This document shows, one piece after another, positions 50,101-62,934 of a stretch of 64,000 nt of DNA. Under the pieces are notes generated by a model, which did not search any database, had not been told where the DNA came from, and saw only the letters and a program-made list of their open reading frames with translations. This stretch comes from Phoronis australis (taxonomy: Eukaryota > Animalia > Phoronida): NCBI GenBank assembly GCA_002633005.1, contig NMRA01000106.1, positions 601,655-665,654 on the forward strand, written 5' to 3'. The translations under genes and the position numbers were made by a program. Every line of letters begins with the position of its first letter. Position 1 is the first letter of the stretch.

Positions 50101-53100
50101 TTAGACCAGTAATACTGCTCTTAGCCATTTTTAGGTTTAGTTAATTGTCTTGTTGCAATTATTGATAGGGAAGTAAATTACAAAACTGATAGCAGTAATA
50201 ATATTCAATGCTAAACAATGAACTTGGACCACACAGCAGTACTCAGGCAGTTCATTTTCAACTTGTAATGTACACGAGGGGACGAGGTCTTTGAAGTTAT
50301 TTATAACGGTCGTCGAGAGACTGTTGGTGGTGATACAAACGTCAGGTGTTTCGCAGGTTTAATCAACAACAAGTCGAAAATAAGTTTGATGAAAAACAGG
50401 AGGGACACTTTTTTTTCCTTAAAATTACACTTACTTAAAGAGACTCGTTCCTCTATTTTTACAAGATTAGAACAGAATGAGTTTCATCGAGACATTACTA
50501 AATTATAGTTAACAGTCACTTTCAATGGTCTTGTAATTGAGAACCAATTTTCTCCACTGAAAAGCAGGCATCAAACTGGTTCTCAAAACAGTGTGCTCCT
50601 TTCTGGTAAATAATAAAAAGTGCAGTTCAATACCGTTCCACTGTGGCAGCCATTTTTAGTGATGCAGCATAAGAACATTAGTTAGAAAACTCTGTATTTC
50701 CCCTAATTCTGGTAGTTTTGAAAACATTGTATCACGTGTTGTAAGACCATATTTGTTTAAAAGTTTACAAACCAGATGGTTTGCCGTCAAATTCCTTTTG
50801 TCAATTGTTTAACTGCAAAGAAGTGGGAAAACTATCTTTAATAAATTAAATGAATGTAAATTAAGTTATAAATAATACAGTTGTCTATTTAGTGAGATTT
50901 CATCAATTCAATTTTAAATGCGCTCATATAGGTAACACAACAATATAAGTTGGCTAAACCTAAAACCCACAAGTTTAACTGTACTGACATGGGCATTGAA
51001 CCCATCCTGAACTGTATGTTAGTCGAGATGAAATACCAGGCACAATCAAATGTGGTCACACTGTCACAGTGAGAAGTTTGAAAAGTAATCCATCGAAAAT
51101 ACTTCATAACTAATTTCATTAATTTTTACCAATGAATGTAACTACAATTATTTCGACTACAAAAATTGATTTTGATTATTTGAATATTTTAAAAAAGAAA
51201 AAAATATTTGATAAATTTCTACAGGTAGTAACCAAACTACAGTGTAATACTTAACCAGTTTAGCAAACACCTTGGTAGAAAAGTGCAATATAAGTTTGAC
51301 ATATTTCTCAATACCAACAACTGTGAAAGGTAATCCTACTTCATCGTACACCACCAAACTAGATCAACTTTCATTGATATCACCGTGTTGTATACCACCA
51401 AACTAGATCAAATTTCAATTAACGTAGCAAAAGAAGCAGGCTTCAAAAATGCAAAAATAACAGAATTGACAATTACTTTTGTGTCTAAGAATTGAAGAAT
51501 TATGGCTTGTAAGAGTTTGGAGAAATATGTTTTGTACACCCTATATGTAGGCACCAATGGCCGAGTGACCAAATCAATACAGAGATTATAAATACATATT
51601 GCAGGAGCTGGCTGGAGGGTTCAACCAAACTTACAGTATCGTGTTACACACACGAGTGTGATTACAAGATATTTACTGTTTTCCGTCAAGTTCATTCACA
51701 TTACCAACACCATAAATATACTGCTGACCATGGCATCTTGACAAATGGATCACCAGTGTCAGTAGTGAGCCCTGCAACTAGTGTATGTAAATGAAGAGCC
51801 CTGAACATGCATAGTTATAATTCGCATACACAGAAAAATAGGCAGATGATGAGATGATCTATTAACTTGGGGTCAATATGACTAAATATTAAAGCCTGCC
51901 ACGCTCACTCATGCGATATGCCCTAGATTAAAAAGTTTGTATGAACAGGTAAACCTGCGTGTTGTCAACAATATTAAACATGTTTCAAAACCTGGCCAGG
52001 AAATGGGGACAGTGACTTGTGTATCAGTACTACCATGCCATGTTTAAGTTAGCTCTAGCCTATGCATTCAACAAGTTGACCCCACAACATCAAATGCACA
52101 TCTGCTTTTTTCATAAAGCAGAAATAAATAATACACCAGAATGTGTCGCCAGCTTAGTTTCAGTAACAGAAAAAATTCTTTAATCCCTATATAAAGCCAC
52201 ATGTAATACTAAATTAATTCATTTGAGTACCCCTTAAATAATAACATTCCAGAGTCAGTGGTGTTTATTGATTGTTTCTTAGCTAGTTTCATTTGGAAAT
52301 TAATTCACTTTTTGAAGTTCGTAACTTTTGACCACAGTGACTTTTGACCACAGTGACTCTTGACCATAACGACTTTTGACCATAGTGACTTTTGACCTCA
52401 AGAACTTTTGACGTTGACTTTTGATGTTGACCTATCACTTGACTTAAAAACCTCACTAGAACTAGCGACGCTTCCATGTTTTTAAAGATTTTGGGATGGC
52501 GAATGGGCCTTCGAGATCAGTTATTGCAGCAGCCATAAGGTTTTCTTGGATTTATCACATACACCTATGAATTATGCAACCATTAGTCATATTTTCATGC
52601 TCCTACTCTGCTCCGTTATAACAGAAATTTGCAACGTGATATTATTTTAGCATTTTGCAACAGTACCAGGAAGACATTATTACAAATGTGACGGAAAAAA
52701 ACTAAGAAAAAGATTTTATTGTCCTGTTGATGTATCTCATACGAACATGTAACCCAAGTTGTACATGAGATTTCCCAGCATTACATAACATTATCATCAA
52801 ATGAGCATTTTCTAAAATCCTCTTAACTTCAAAAGTTGTTCTTATAAACATTTAACAACTTACAGATCATTTCATAGCACGGCCACACATTTACAAAGAA
52901 GAAGTGATAACACGCATAGGCTATTTTTAAAGATTAACTGACTTACCTAGTTCACTTTGAGTCTGTTCCAGTCTCTGTCGAGTTTCCTGAAGCTCAGCTG
53001 TGACTCGAGGACACGAAAATGCATTTAACTGGAACGAAACACAGAGCAAAACAATGAAAACAGAACTCACACTTAATATATTATCTTAGCCTGTCAAAAG

Positions 53101-56100
53101 TTTTTAAGGAAATAAAGAGTTTAACCTCCTGCTTTTACTTTGAAAGTCAAAAAGAAATAATCAAGAGATGGAAAGATTATATCAACTCTTTGATATGTCG
53201 CCATTTAAACAATTCATTGTTTTATTCAAACATACTACCATATACCTTCAACCAACTGAAATGGCTTTCAAATAAGGTGAAAACTGTACTTGACTAAATA
53301 AGCCAATGACATCATCAACAGAGTGAAAGACTTTTAGACCAATCACACTCTATCCTGTTGATGATGTCACATTTATTGCTTCCTGCCAAAGTTTAAATTA
53401 ATGTGATGGGTTTCACAGGAAGATAAAACCCCATCAAATCTTGACAAAAACAATTAGCCAGACTTGTACCTTATTCATTTTACAAAAGCTTCTAACATTG
53501 TTGAAAACACCCACAATTCTCCCAACCTTGTCTCAAGGTAGATACAGTATAAAGCATTTACTTCATGTCATTTACCTTCTATAGTAAAATGAAAAAGGAA
53601 ATTTCATTTATCCACCATATTGATGAGATTTTATCAACTTAACGGGTTCAAGTTTCGGAACGTGTACACTATGAACGAACAGTCACGTAACTTGAAGAAT
53701 AAAATCGAAAAGAGATGAAGCGTACATTATCAAATTTCATGTGATGTGAATGGTAATTTTTTGAGTCAAGTTTGGCAAAGGGGTCAAAATAATGTTCCTA
53801 AACTTACCGAGACNATTCCAAAAATGCATTACTTGTACTGATTGGTCGATTATTATTCACAATTTCCAAGTTTTTCCAAGGCGTTCATTTGCAACGCGGA
53901 TTTAGTGAGGCAGCCATTTTTAAAAGTGCGACACCTGTCGGCAGGATTGATAACTAACGGTTAACTGCAAGATGTCAAGTGTTTTCGAGGACGACATTTG
54001 TCTGCGAGAACACATACTCTCATGTTTTTTCTCATGAAGTTTTGAAGAGGGAATCCTTTATAAATGTTACTGTTTTTTACTCAGAGTTTCCCTAACATGC
54101 CACGCGGTATGATCGTTGTAGTTATGATTCCTGCCGACAGGCGTCACAGTTTTATAATGGCGGTCACTTGAGATCGGCTGCCGCAAATGAGCACCTCGTA
54201 AAAACAGTGAATGCATGAATAAAAAGAGCCTAATCGGTACGAGTAATACATTTTTGGAATCACCATGATCACCCTGATGAGAGGATTCAGAAAATGTTAA
54301 TATCAAGTAGGTACGTTAATGGAGTCGGATTGTAAACAATAACCGAAATTTCATTTATCCACCATATTGATGAGATTTTATCAACTTAACGGGTTCAAGT
54401 TTCGGAACGTGTACACTATGAACAAACAGTCACGTAACTTGAAGAATAAAATCAAAAAGAGATGAAGCGTACATTATCAAATTTCATGTGATGTGAATGG
54501 TAATTTTTTGAGTCAAGTTTGGCAAAGGGGTCAAAATAATGTTCCTAAACTTACCGAGAATGACTCACACCTAATGGCCGAAACATCTAGTTTAGCTACT
54601 GAATATTTATTCCTCTGGCAATGGAATCCTGAGTCTAATCTACCCACCTCCTGTGTAAGATATTGCACCATGACAGACATTGCCTCGAAACCCAAAGCAC
54701 CATGTTTCAGCTGCATTTTCAGGAGATTCAGCTCTTTGGTGCGCGCCTCGCACAGAGCCTCAAGCCGAGCGATCTCCTGCGATGCTGGCGGCCTCTGCAG
54801 GGAGTTAGACACAACATCTGGCTGATGCGGTGCACACTTGATCTGTGGGACAGTGGCTGATCGAGGTCCCACGCTGTTTTTCGCTGCCGTTGATGCATTT
54901 TTGCTTGTATCTACAGAGGAAGGGGGAGATCGAAATGTTATTATGGCTGTTGTCGTGGTGATGACCCTATCGCTGAACCCAGTGAACAGAGTCTCCTTCT
55001 TCACATTATAAATCGGCTCGACTGGACGGTTCTGTCTTTGCTCGATCATACTCATAGTCCTCCGATTGCCAACGACAAGCGACTGAGGCCTTTGTCTCCT
55101 GCGAACTACTGCTGCCATGACTGGGAAGTTCTACAGCAAATGTGAGCACTGATTCTAATTAGCCTGTCTCTTTATACCATAATCAGGGCCTAATCTTCAT
55201 CAAGAACAGGGACCACAACTGACATCTCTGAGTGACACAGGCACATGCTGAAGATCAAATAAAGATTCATGCATCAACTGTCCTAGGCAGATGTAAAACT
55301 AATCAAATGACTGCCTCAACAGACAGACTATAGCCACAGAGTGGAATATAAACAAAGAGAGAATTATAGTGACAGCATTTGTAAACAGGCACTCTATTGA
55401 CATGGGATGTTTAGCAACTCATCACAGACTAATTAATACCATTTGGATTACGTGGTAGGATCTAAGACCACTTGAGGCCACAGGATTTCTTGAACATAAA
55501 TAATATGTTTTACAGTCATGTTCTGGTTAGCTTGGGTTAATAAAAAATCTCATCACAGAAGAGCTGTCAGCTAATGGGTTGGTGAGTTGACAAACAAGAT
55601 CAACCAACTGTCATTCGTTTGCTAAAAATAAAAAACTATTGAGCCAACAACTGCGTGACTGTTATACAAATCAGAGCTAATTGCCGTGATCGCAAATAAT
55701 GTTTGAACATTAAAAACTCATTCACATATGTCAGATGTCCCTGGGCTACCTTGTCAAGGCGAATGGCTGAATTCTTTCTGAATAGAGGAATCGTGATAAA
55801 AAACTCTTCTTATCATTCTACTCAACAGGGTAAAAAGCAACACAGTTATGGTTAAGCTGGTAATCTGAATATGGAAACAGATGTCAAGCTGTGCAATCTT
55901 GTTAAAGTAATTTAATGCTTAGTTGGATAGCCAGTTCACACACACACTGGTGAAAGTATTTTCAGTTATAAGCATCTAACACTGCAACATAAAATTCTGG
56001 TCAAGTCATAGGAGACTAAGCAGTCACTTGGAATTGAACAATTACAAACTAAAAATATGCATCTATGCACTTCACAGCTGCAGGTTGAGGTCAATACATA

Positions 56101-59100
56101 ACTGTCACCTCAGATGCACTACTGTTTTATACACAGCAGATATATTTCAAATGTATTGATTTTAACATTTAATCTGTCAATACTGAATCACTCTAACAAT
56201 GTTCAATCATCAATACAGTCTCTTTTTACCTCCACAACTTCAGAACGTTTCACAACACAACGGGTAGATCTAATAAATCCTTTACCACCAAAACATGTCG
56301 CCCGCAATCAGAAGCACCACCATTGCATCAAGGGAAACCAAGAACAGAACATCAATACTCAACAACTGAAAGATCAAGTGATCCTACGGACAAGGTGTCC
56401 AGAAAACGGAAAGGCACTGGAAGCCATAGCCAGGAACACATTTGTTTACCAGGAAAAATCTAATACAAGTTTTGAAGAACAAGAAACACAAGACTTGGCA
56501 CTCAGGATTCAAATTTCTGTTTGCATAAAGTGCCAATCACAATAGTCACTGAGTACTTACAAACAGGGTGTTGGACATCACAACTTCATATTAGGTCTAT
56601 TGCTAACAGGCAATCTATAAAACGTGAATTTCATTACTCCCAATAATGTACCAGCATTGTCGATTTCAGGTCATCAAAACCGATTGTGTAGGATTAGCTT
56701 AGCGATTTTTTGAAAGCGGAGAAGAAATTATACGCACAGACATGGAACAGGCTCTGATGTAGACATTTACAGACAGCAACATGACAAAAGCTAAGATTTT
56801 CCACTAAAACCTGACAAACAGACAGAATATTGTAAAGCGTGATACCTAACCTCAGTAATATAACTCAGATTAATCAAAACACGAGTGTACAGATCGCCAT
56901 GAAGACTTCCCAGCCTCATGAATTTCTACGTGATAAAACCCCATGCCTTTGTGAAGTAACTCACTCAATAGTCCAAACCTCAATCCAATTTCTCGTCAGC
57001 TATATCAATCACTCCTTCATGGAGGCTGGGCGTCCAATATTAAAACTTCAGTCCTCAAATGAAACACTCGATGCGACAAATAGTGTACTGACTACTGTAC
57101 AAAAGCAAATATTATGCAAATTTCAGGCTGTAGTTTGTTGGTTCACTCAATCCAGTCTTCATGTCAGACACTTATCCCAATACAGTGATTAGATTCGATC
57201 AGACAACAACAAAACGTGACTCTCAATATCAAATTGACTGTATAGACTGTGCAATGGTTACATGACAACCCACATAAAATCCAATTCAGTCCTGCATCAC
57301 AGATGTTAAACTGTAGGTGTTCTCAGGAGGGTTTACAGACTTGGGCTGTGTCATCATCGATAGTAATGTTATGCTACAATAGTGTTCACTCATGCGAACA
57401 CAGAACGTCTAGACAAACAACAAAACTATATTGCTATGCGTGTTATTTCAGCAAAAAAACAACCTATCCCTTTTTGCTCAAAAGAAAATACAGCTACATG
57501 TTTTTCTTTAATAGGAAAATTTCAGAATAAGTGAGACCCTGGTTGTAAATTCAAGAGAACTGCTTACAGACACCAAAACCCATTCACTAACAAGCAGCTG
57601 TCGTCTAGGGTAAATAATAGCATGAATAATCCAATTAATAACAACTGCGTTAAAACCCCATAGGTTGGTCATCACAAAGAATTCGCAGAAGCAATCAGAA
57701 ACCAGAAATTTCGAATCATTCATAATCAATAATTGAGGTTCCTTATTAGAAACAAATGAACTACTGAATAATTTACAAATTAAGCGCAATCAATACGAAT
57801 GACACCTGAGTAATCAAAGACAACTACTGCAATCGAATGCAGATATTCTCTGTAATGTTTGAACTGTCTCTGAGGATAAGTGATCCTCATGAACTTTGAC
57901 ATATCAAGAGATATGAAGGTTTGATTAGACTGAAAATAAAAGCTGTTTCTGTATACCAGAACCAGGCATCCTAATACACATTCTGCAAGTACAGGCATCC
58001 AAATGTAGGCATGTTGGACCAGCATTGTATTCATGATGTTAGGTGAATTGTGTAACACCATTAGGTAGTACTAAACAATAAAATCTCACCAAGGACAGAT
58101 GGCGTGTCGGACACAAGAATTTTATTTAAAATATTTTTGCGTAAAAGATTAGGTGCACAAAACTCAGACCACTGTTAGCTCGAGCACAAGATAAGTGTTC
58201 TCCACTGTAGCTGCCATATCAAACAATGTCTGAACAAATTGTGGATTTTCACAAAATTTTCGCCTTAGAAAAATGAAAAATGATAGATGTTATTAATTAT
58301 ATTCGTCTGAAGTTAGTGAGATTTTACTGTACACGAAAATCCCATCAACAAAACGCCTGTAACAGTATACACTGGTCCAACTATTGATATCTTATCTCAA
58401 GTCATCATGGTCACAATTTTCATCCTATCTTTATCCAAAGTGACCAAAGGAGCTCCACCATAACACCATACCACATCAGTATGCCAAGAGAACACTTCCT
58501 ACTGCACAAGCTAAACGAAAATACAGTCTTGCAGAATGAAACACCACAAACACCTTGTCAGACAGCGCAAACTAAATGGTCAAATAAGCCCCAAGACCCT
58601 GACCCTATTCTTCAAGCCTCCACAGCACCCTTTAATACCCTCCACTGGTATCTTACAATCTACACACGCTTATCTTATCTCTGACACTAGACACGCCTTG
58701 CTTTAACAGACACCTGGGCCCTTGTAAGGTCTCCACTGATCAAATACTTCACGACTTGAACTCAAATTTACCAACAACATTAACAGCTGAATACAGTTTC
58801 TGAATCAGCACCTGAGCTGCACTGCACACTCAAATGAGTAACACCAACACGGATTAAAAAGGTAGGTTAGGTATTATGAAGAGGACCGATATGTAATTAT
58901 TAAAGGTTGAATTAAAAAGGTTAGTGCCCTTACTGAGGGCTTATCATTAGAACATTTGTGTAGACCTCCAGACTGTCAATAAAAGACATTCAGAAGGAAA
59001 GCAGGAGTGGGGAGAAGTTGTTTAGATAAATAATATGATACTTTATGGCTGGGTTTACATTATCCAATTTGACCTAGACAGCCATCAAACAGAGGTTTTA

Positions 59101-62100
59101 TGTCAAAGCAGCATTATGGAATATTGACTCTATTTCAACATCAAGGGTGTACCTATACTTGCCACTAGAAATACACATGACAAAACTAGATACAAGCTAT
59201 TTTAAGTCCAAGTCATGCACAGTACCTGCACAAAATTTTGGGAATCATTTAGGTGTCGATTATGTAACTTGCTTTTCCACTGGCTGCCAAGCAAGCCATG
59301 TTCAGTGCAAGGCCTTTCACACATTACAAAACCTTGGCTACACCTCCAGACAGATAACAGATATCAATCTCGTCCATTGTCCCAAATGGCTGATTGGGAT
59401 TCATATGAAACTTTCAAAATACAAATCTTTTATCATTTTCTTGAAAAAAAATGCAAAGTTGATTGAAATAAAAACAAAACATCTTCAAAAATTGCAACAG
59501 CGTTTTTGATATTTCACCTTGGACATTTACGGTATATCAAATAAATTTTGATCACGTTATCGATTGCGTTGTTTTGGTAACAACGTATTTTTCACTAAAT
59601 TTTACGAAAAAACAGGGTCATGTGACCCAATTGTCAGAGTGGTGAAAGGACACACATCAAACTCTAAAGGCTTTTTATTTTCAGAAAACTGAGTTAAAAA
59701 CTATAGCTTTGTAGATATGTGGCTAATCACATAGACCAGTCCACAGTGTTCTACATGACCTTGATAAGCTCAATCAACCACGGACACAGCCAGAAGGAGG
59801 GCAGTTGATGAGGTCTAAAGAAACTTATGAATTTAACATGAGAGGGAATTTAAAGAGCTTAGTGTTATTAATCTTTAATTGAAAAGATTGAAAACCAAAT
59901 TTGTCGCCTGTTAAGAATGAACACAAACTTTTTAGAGTCAAATATACGATACTTGCAATGTTATATCCCCTTAACAATTTTTGAGTCGCGTTCGCAATCA
60001 CTAACTTACAATCATCTTAGCTAAAACCATGGCAAAAACGTTTAATCACTGGCAAGAGGGGCTGGTACTTATCAACAAACGTTACCACTGGGTCTTTAGT
60101 ATGGGTAGCTAAGAAAAGAATACAAGAATACACAAACTTACATGGGTGTCAAGTGAGACCCATACCTCAGAACTATAGTTGATCTATCAATGACTGCCTC
60201 TGTCAATATAGTCAACCAGCAGTTATCAAGCATACCTTCACACAGGAATGTGCACACACTGTCGCCACCTTTTGGAAACTTGGGCAACTTGCCCATGGAC
60301 AAATGAAAACCAGGTATTTGATCCATAGTCAAAAGCCCTCAACAAGCTCAGTTTTTCAGAGTATCAAATTCTGAAATCGGCAACAACCAAGAGAACTATA
60401 CGCATCTCACAAGAAAGACTACAAATTGTAAATCCGCTTATAAAGAACGGGTTCTATAATTATCTGACCTTTGACCCTGTGTTGAGCAGGACATCAGACT
60501 GTCCCCAAAAAGCAGCTGCCACACGGATCACGACACTGATTACAAAATAGAATGATGAGAATCAGCAAGCAAGGATCTAGGATCCTGGTCAGAGAGAGAG
60601 AGTACTGGATAACTGTCTCAAAGGCATTCTACCTTTAGAAACACACTACATTATTCAATTACAGCCACACAAAGAGTGACTCAACTCACCCTGACTTTCC
60701 ATTTTCAAAAACAGAGAAATCCATTCTGCCCAACATAAAATGATGCTGCTTTTACCTTTTTCCTACTTCATTGAGAAAGATAATACAAAAATCTTTTTCT
60801 GCTCAACTATGCTGCATCTCCGATTTATCAATAACTTGCCGCAAGAAATGTACAATGTTTCGCAAAACTCGAAAAAATAACAGTGCCTTCTTCAACGTGT
60901 CTGCTGCAAACAACTCGTGAGTGAATTTGGGGCCAAAATTGTCAAATTTGATAAACTGTACAATTGATTTTTGGAAATAAACAACCAAAAACAATACAAT
61001 TATGGTATCAAGTATGAAAATACAACTGCGTTCGAAATCTGTAAATTCTGTGAAAGGAGTCACCCGTTTTGTGTATGAGCGGAAAACCTAAGTCTCTAAG
61101 AAAGCCAATGCCTGGATCTGCTCCTGTCATACCATCCCCCCAGACACCACAAAAGGTGAACTTATTTTCAAAATACATTGAAAAGCGTTGTAACTGACTG
61201 CAATAAAAATGAACTAAAGGTTCATTCCAACTCAACGCACACACGCACCCACGCACGCACACAAACACACACTTTGCTACAAGCAGTTAAATAACCATCT
61301 GGGAATATATCAAATGGGAAGCAGCAGTGACATCTAGAGAGAAATAGAGACATCTTGTTTATAGAGATACTCAGACAGTTATTCTTCAGTTGAAGTGCAC
61401 AAAAAATTTCTAAAAAACGACTTTTTTCCTTCTTTCAAAGAACAACTGCCATCCATCAACTACACAAAATTTAATTGTTTTGTCACAGTTGTAACGCACA
61501 TAGGACTTTGAAAATCAAGGAAATTCCATCGGTTCATTTTTACAAAATTTCAGCGTCTTTCAAAATATGTCGAACCCAGAAGAAACAATGCACCAGTTGC
61601 AAAGACAATCAATCAATTTTTCTAAAATCTATTGGACAACACCGACCTCTGGCCTATTAACATTGGCACAGCGTTACAGTTAGTCATTCCTCAGGCCATC
61701 ATCAGGTGTTACAAAGTTCTTTGGAGAATGCCTCAATTAAGAACACTTCTAAGAATGCTTTAACACCTAAAGATAGATGTCAGGAGAAACGATCGACTCA
61801 AAATCGTACCAATCTACATAAGATAGAGGTTAGTGTAATAGATTTAAGAAATGCTAATATCTCACCACCTCAAAGCAGTTTTAAGAAATCGGACATTTGT
61901 GAATAATTTAAACTTGTAAGGCTCACAGAAGCACATCTGAACAATAGAAGAGAATTTATACACAGAGGATTTATATTAAAATCATCTTCAAAGACTGTAT
62001 ACTAATTAATTCGTATTTTGCAGAGCAAAAATTTCCTAAAATCAACTCACTTTGTTTCTTGGCTGGTGCAGGCTTTGTCTGGTCAGGAACAGAAGGAATT

Positions 62101-62185
62101 CTCGAAACAGTTTTGCGTTTGGTTTGTGGAGAAGCCAACTGTGAGGCGGAGCTAGTGGTGACAGCCATTGAAGCACGGCGAGGCT
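40660..62185 (-). CDS. MTUS1: MTUS1/MTUS2/CCDC69-family microtubule-associated coiled-coil protein, multi-exon; 5' part lies outside the window
   Basis: Exons 62185-62051, 54910(or 55118)-54648, 53028-52947, 45386-45172, 44599-44494, 43003-42930, 42253-42035, 41681-41584, 41143-40660 have GT-AG boundaries with fully compatible phases. Family hallmarks: RLEALCEARTKEL..GFEAMSVMVQYL, LPQEIDSLKLVLDMRNEEI, RESKANKRLSMDNEELQYKL. The symbol denotes the family; MTUS1 versus MTUS2 orthology is unresolved. Confidence 0.85.
41584..41681 (-). CDS. MTUS1: MTUS-family gene, internal exon (LEELPFARDKITSQQQKIENLEAILDIRGDYEK)
   Basis: 98 nt, phase 0->2, gaag| acceptor and |gtaggt donor. Confidence 0.8.
42035..42253 (-). 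CDS. MTUS1: MTUS-family gene, internal exon (HKLDSLRMEC...LPQEIDSLKLVLDMRNEEI...QARQ)
   Basis: 219 nt, phase 0->0, ctag| acceptor and |gtgagt donor. Confidence 0.9.
42930..43003 (-). CDS. MTUS1: MTUS-family gene, internal exon (DIQQQHSEKLMEITMRFEEIKVSLS)
   Basis: 74 nt, phase 1->0, tttctag| acceptor and |gtaagt donor. Confidence 0.8.
44494..44599 (-). CDS. MTUS1: MTUS-family gene, internal exon (IAEAQTECQAKVDELKKKHEEELARIQKENSRMVE)
   Basis: 106 nt, phase 0->1, donor G|gtgcgt. An in-frame alternative donor lies 18 nt further on (exon end 44476). Confidence 0.8.
45172..45386 (-). CDS. MTUS1: MTUS-family gene, internal exon (DIAKKERQQL...KNYHERH)
   Basis: 215 nt, phase 1->0, ttttcag| acceptor and |gtgagt donor; coiled-coil composition. 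Confidence 0.85.
45472..45597. repeat. 126-bp unit with perfect 22-bp terminal inverted repeats around a tRNA-like core
   Basis: catggtcacatcatgtgaccta / taggtcacatgatgtgaccatg flank cagtggactagagc (A-box-like) and gggttcgagaccc (B box/T-arm). Confidence 0.7.
48751..49250. mobile_element. Truncated insertion with about 140-bp internal repeats, present in only one of two duplicate copies
   Basis: aattgagctagatcaa...gtaacc(g/a)ctt recurs at about 48907, 49049 and 49187. The duplicate flank (49255-49978) continues without it. Confidence 0.55.
49255..49978 (+). repeat. Near-identical repeat of 48027-48750; probable uncollapsed haplotype
   Basis: Starts just after the single n at 49251. Confidence 0.85.
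52324..52425. repeat. Degenerate 16-bp tandem repeat (acttttgaccacagtg)
   Basis: Four clear units plus decayed ones. Confidence 0.85.
52947..53028 (-). CDS. MTUS1: MTUS-family gene, internal exon (LNAFSCPRVTAELQETRQRLEQTQSEL)
   Basis: 82 nt, phase 0->1, ttccag| acceptor and G|gtaagt donor. Confidence 0.85.
53598..53812 (+). repeat. 215-bp duplicate of 54345-54559 ending at a single n; probable haplotype overlap
   Basis: n at 53814. The 53815-54344 segment precedes only the second copy. Confidence 0.8.
54648..55118 (-). CDS. MTUS1: MTUS-family gene, exon with internal acceptor (54910) and upstream in-frame ATG (55118)
   Basis: Donor GAG|gtgggt. Phase-1 acceptor cccttcctctgtag|AT at 54910. 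The frame stays open upstream to gccATGG at 55118. Confidence 0.85.
62051..62185 (-). CDS. MTUS1: MTUS-family gene, upstream exon with SxIP motif (EPRRASMAVTT...KRKTVSRIPSVPDQTKPAPAKKQ)
   Basis: 135 nt, phase 1->1, tttgcag| acceptor and A|gtgagt donor; compatible with the 54910 acceptor. Confidence 0.7.
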
Positions 62186-62934
62186 CTGCAAACCGAACGA
62201 GTTCAACGTAAATAAAAGCAAAGCAAAGCTGGCCACAAATAACTGAGGTACAGTAAAGCAACAAATAGTAATGCAAATGCAGCAATTAAAGAGACACTTT
62301 CCATCTCATGTTACCAAAACTAAAGATGCCACACAACCAACTGCTTAACAGATACATATTGTTAATGGCACTTTTGAAATAATGGTCTTCAAATTTATTA
62401 GTCCTTTGGATGAAGGACTTTTGACTTTGTGTTCTTAATGAATTGGCACTGCTAACTGTAACTAAAATTCAAATTACTTTCGCATGTCTTACATCACGTC
62501 ATTTCTGACTCACAAGCATTTTTCTTACACAGACCTCTAATCAACATCATGCATTTTTCATACACAGACCTCTAATCAACATCATGCAACTGACACAAAA
62601 ACAGAGCAGCGAATCAAGAGACAATTGACGATTGCACAAAGGCAGTAATGAAATGCAAGATACGTGAATATCAGACCATACTGCAATCATGTCGTGAACA
62701 CATCCACTAAAACAAGAAACTGTAGGAACACCGCATTTATCCACCTTCACTCTTATCAGGCTTCTATTGTGAGTCAGCATGCGTGAATAATTGGCTGATA
62801 AGCCACCTCTGGAACTACTTTGGGCTGAATGGATGACCAGGCCATAAAATGATAATTAGCCAAGACCAGTTACTATAATGCAACAAAGAACAAGTAATAA
62901 TGTCTTGCATCACCTAGCCTTGGTGGAAAGCTGN

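Noticed and set aside
58090-58172. Possible extra MTUS exon ending in G|gtgaga
   Set aside because: In-frame stop immediately upstream, no ATG, and entry phase incompatible with the neighbouring exons.
56114-59509. Several 60-143-aa ORFs in the large MTUS intron
   Set aside because: No recognisable domains or splice-consistent structure; expected by chance.
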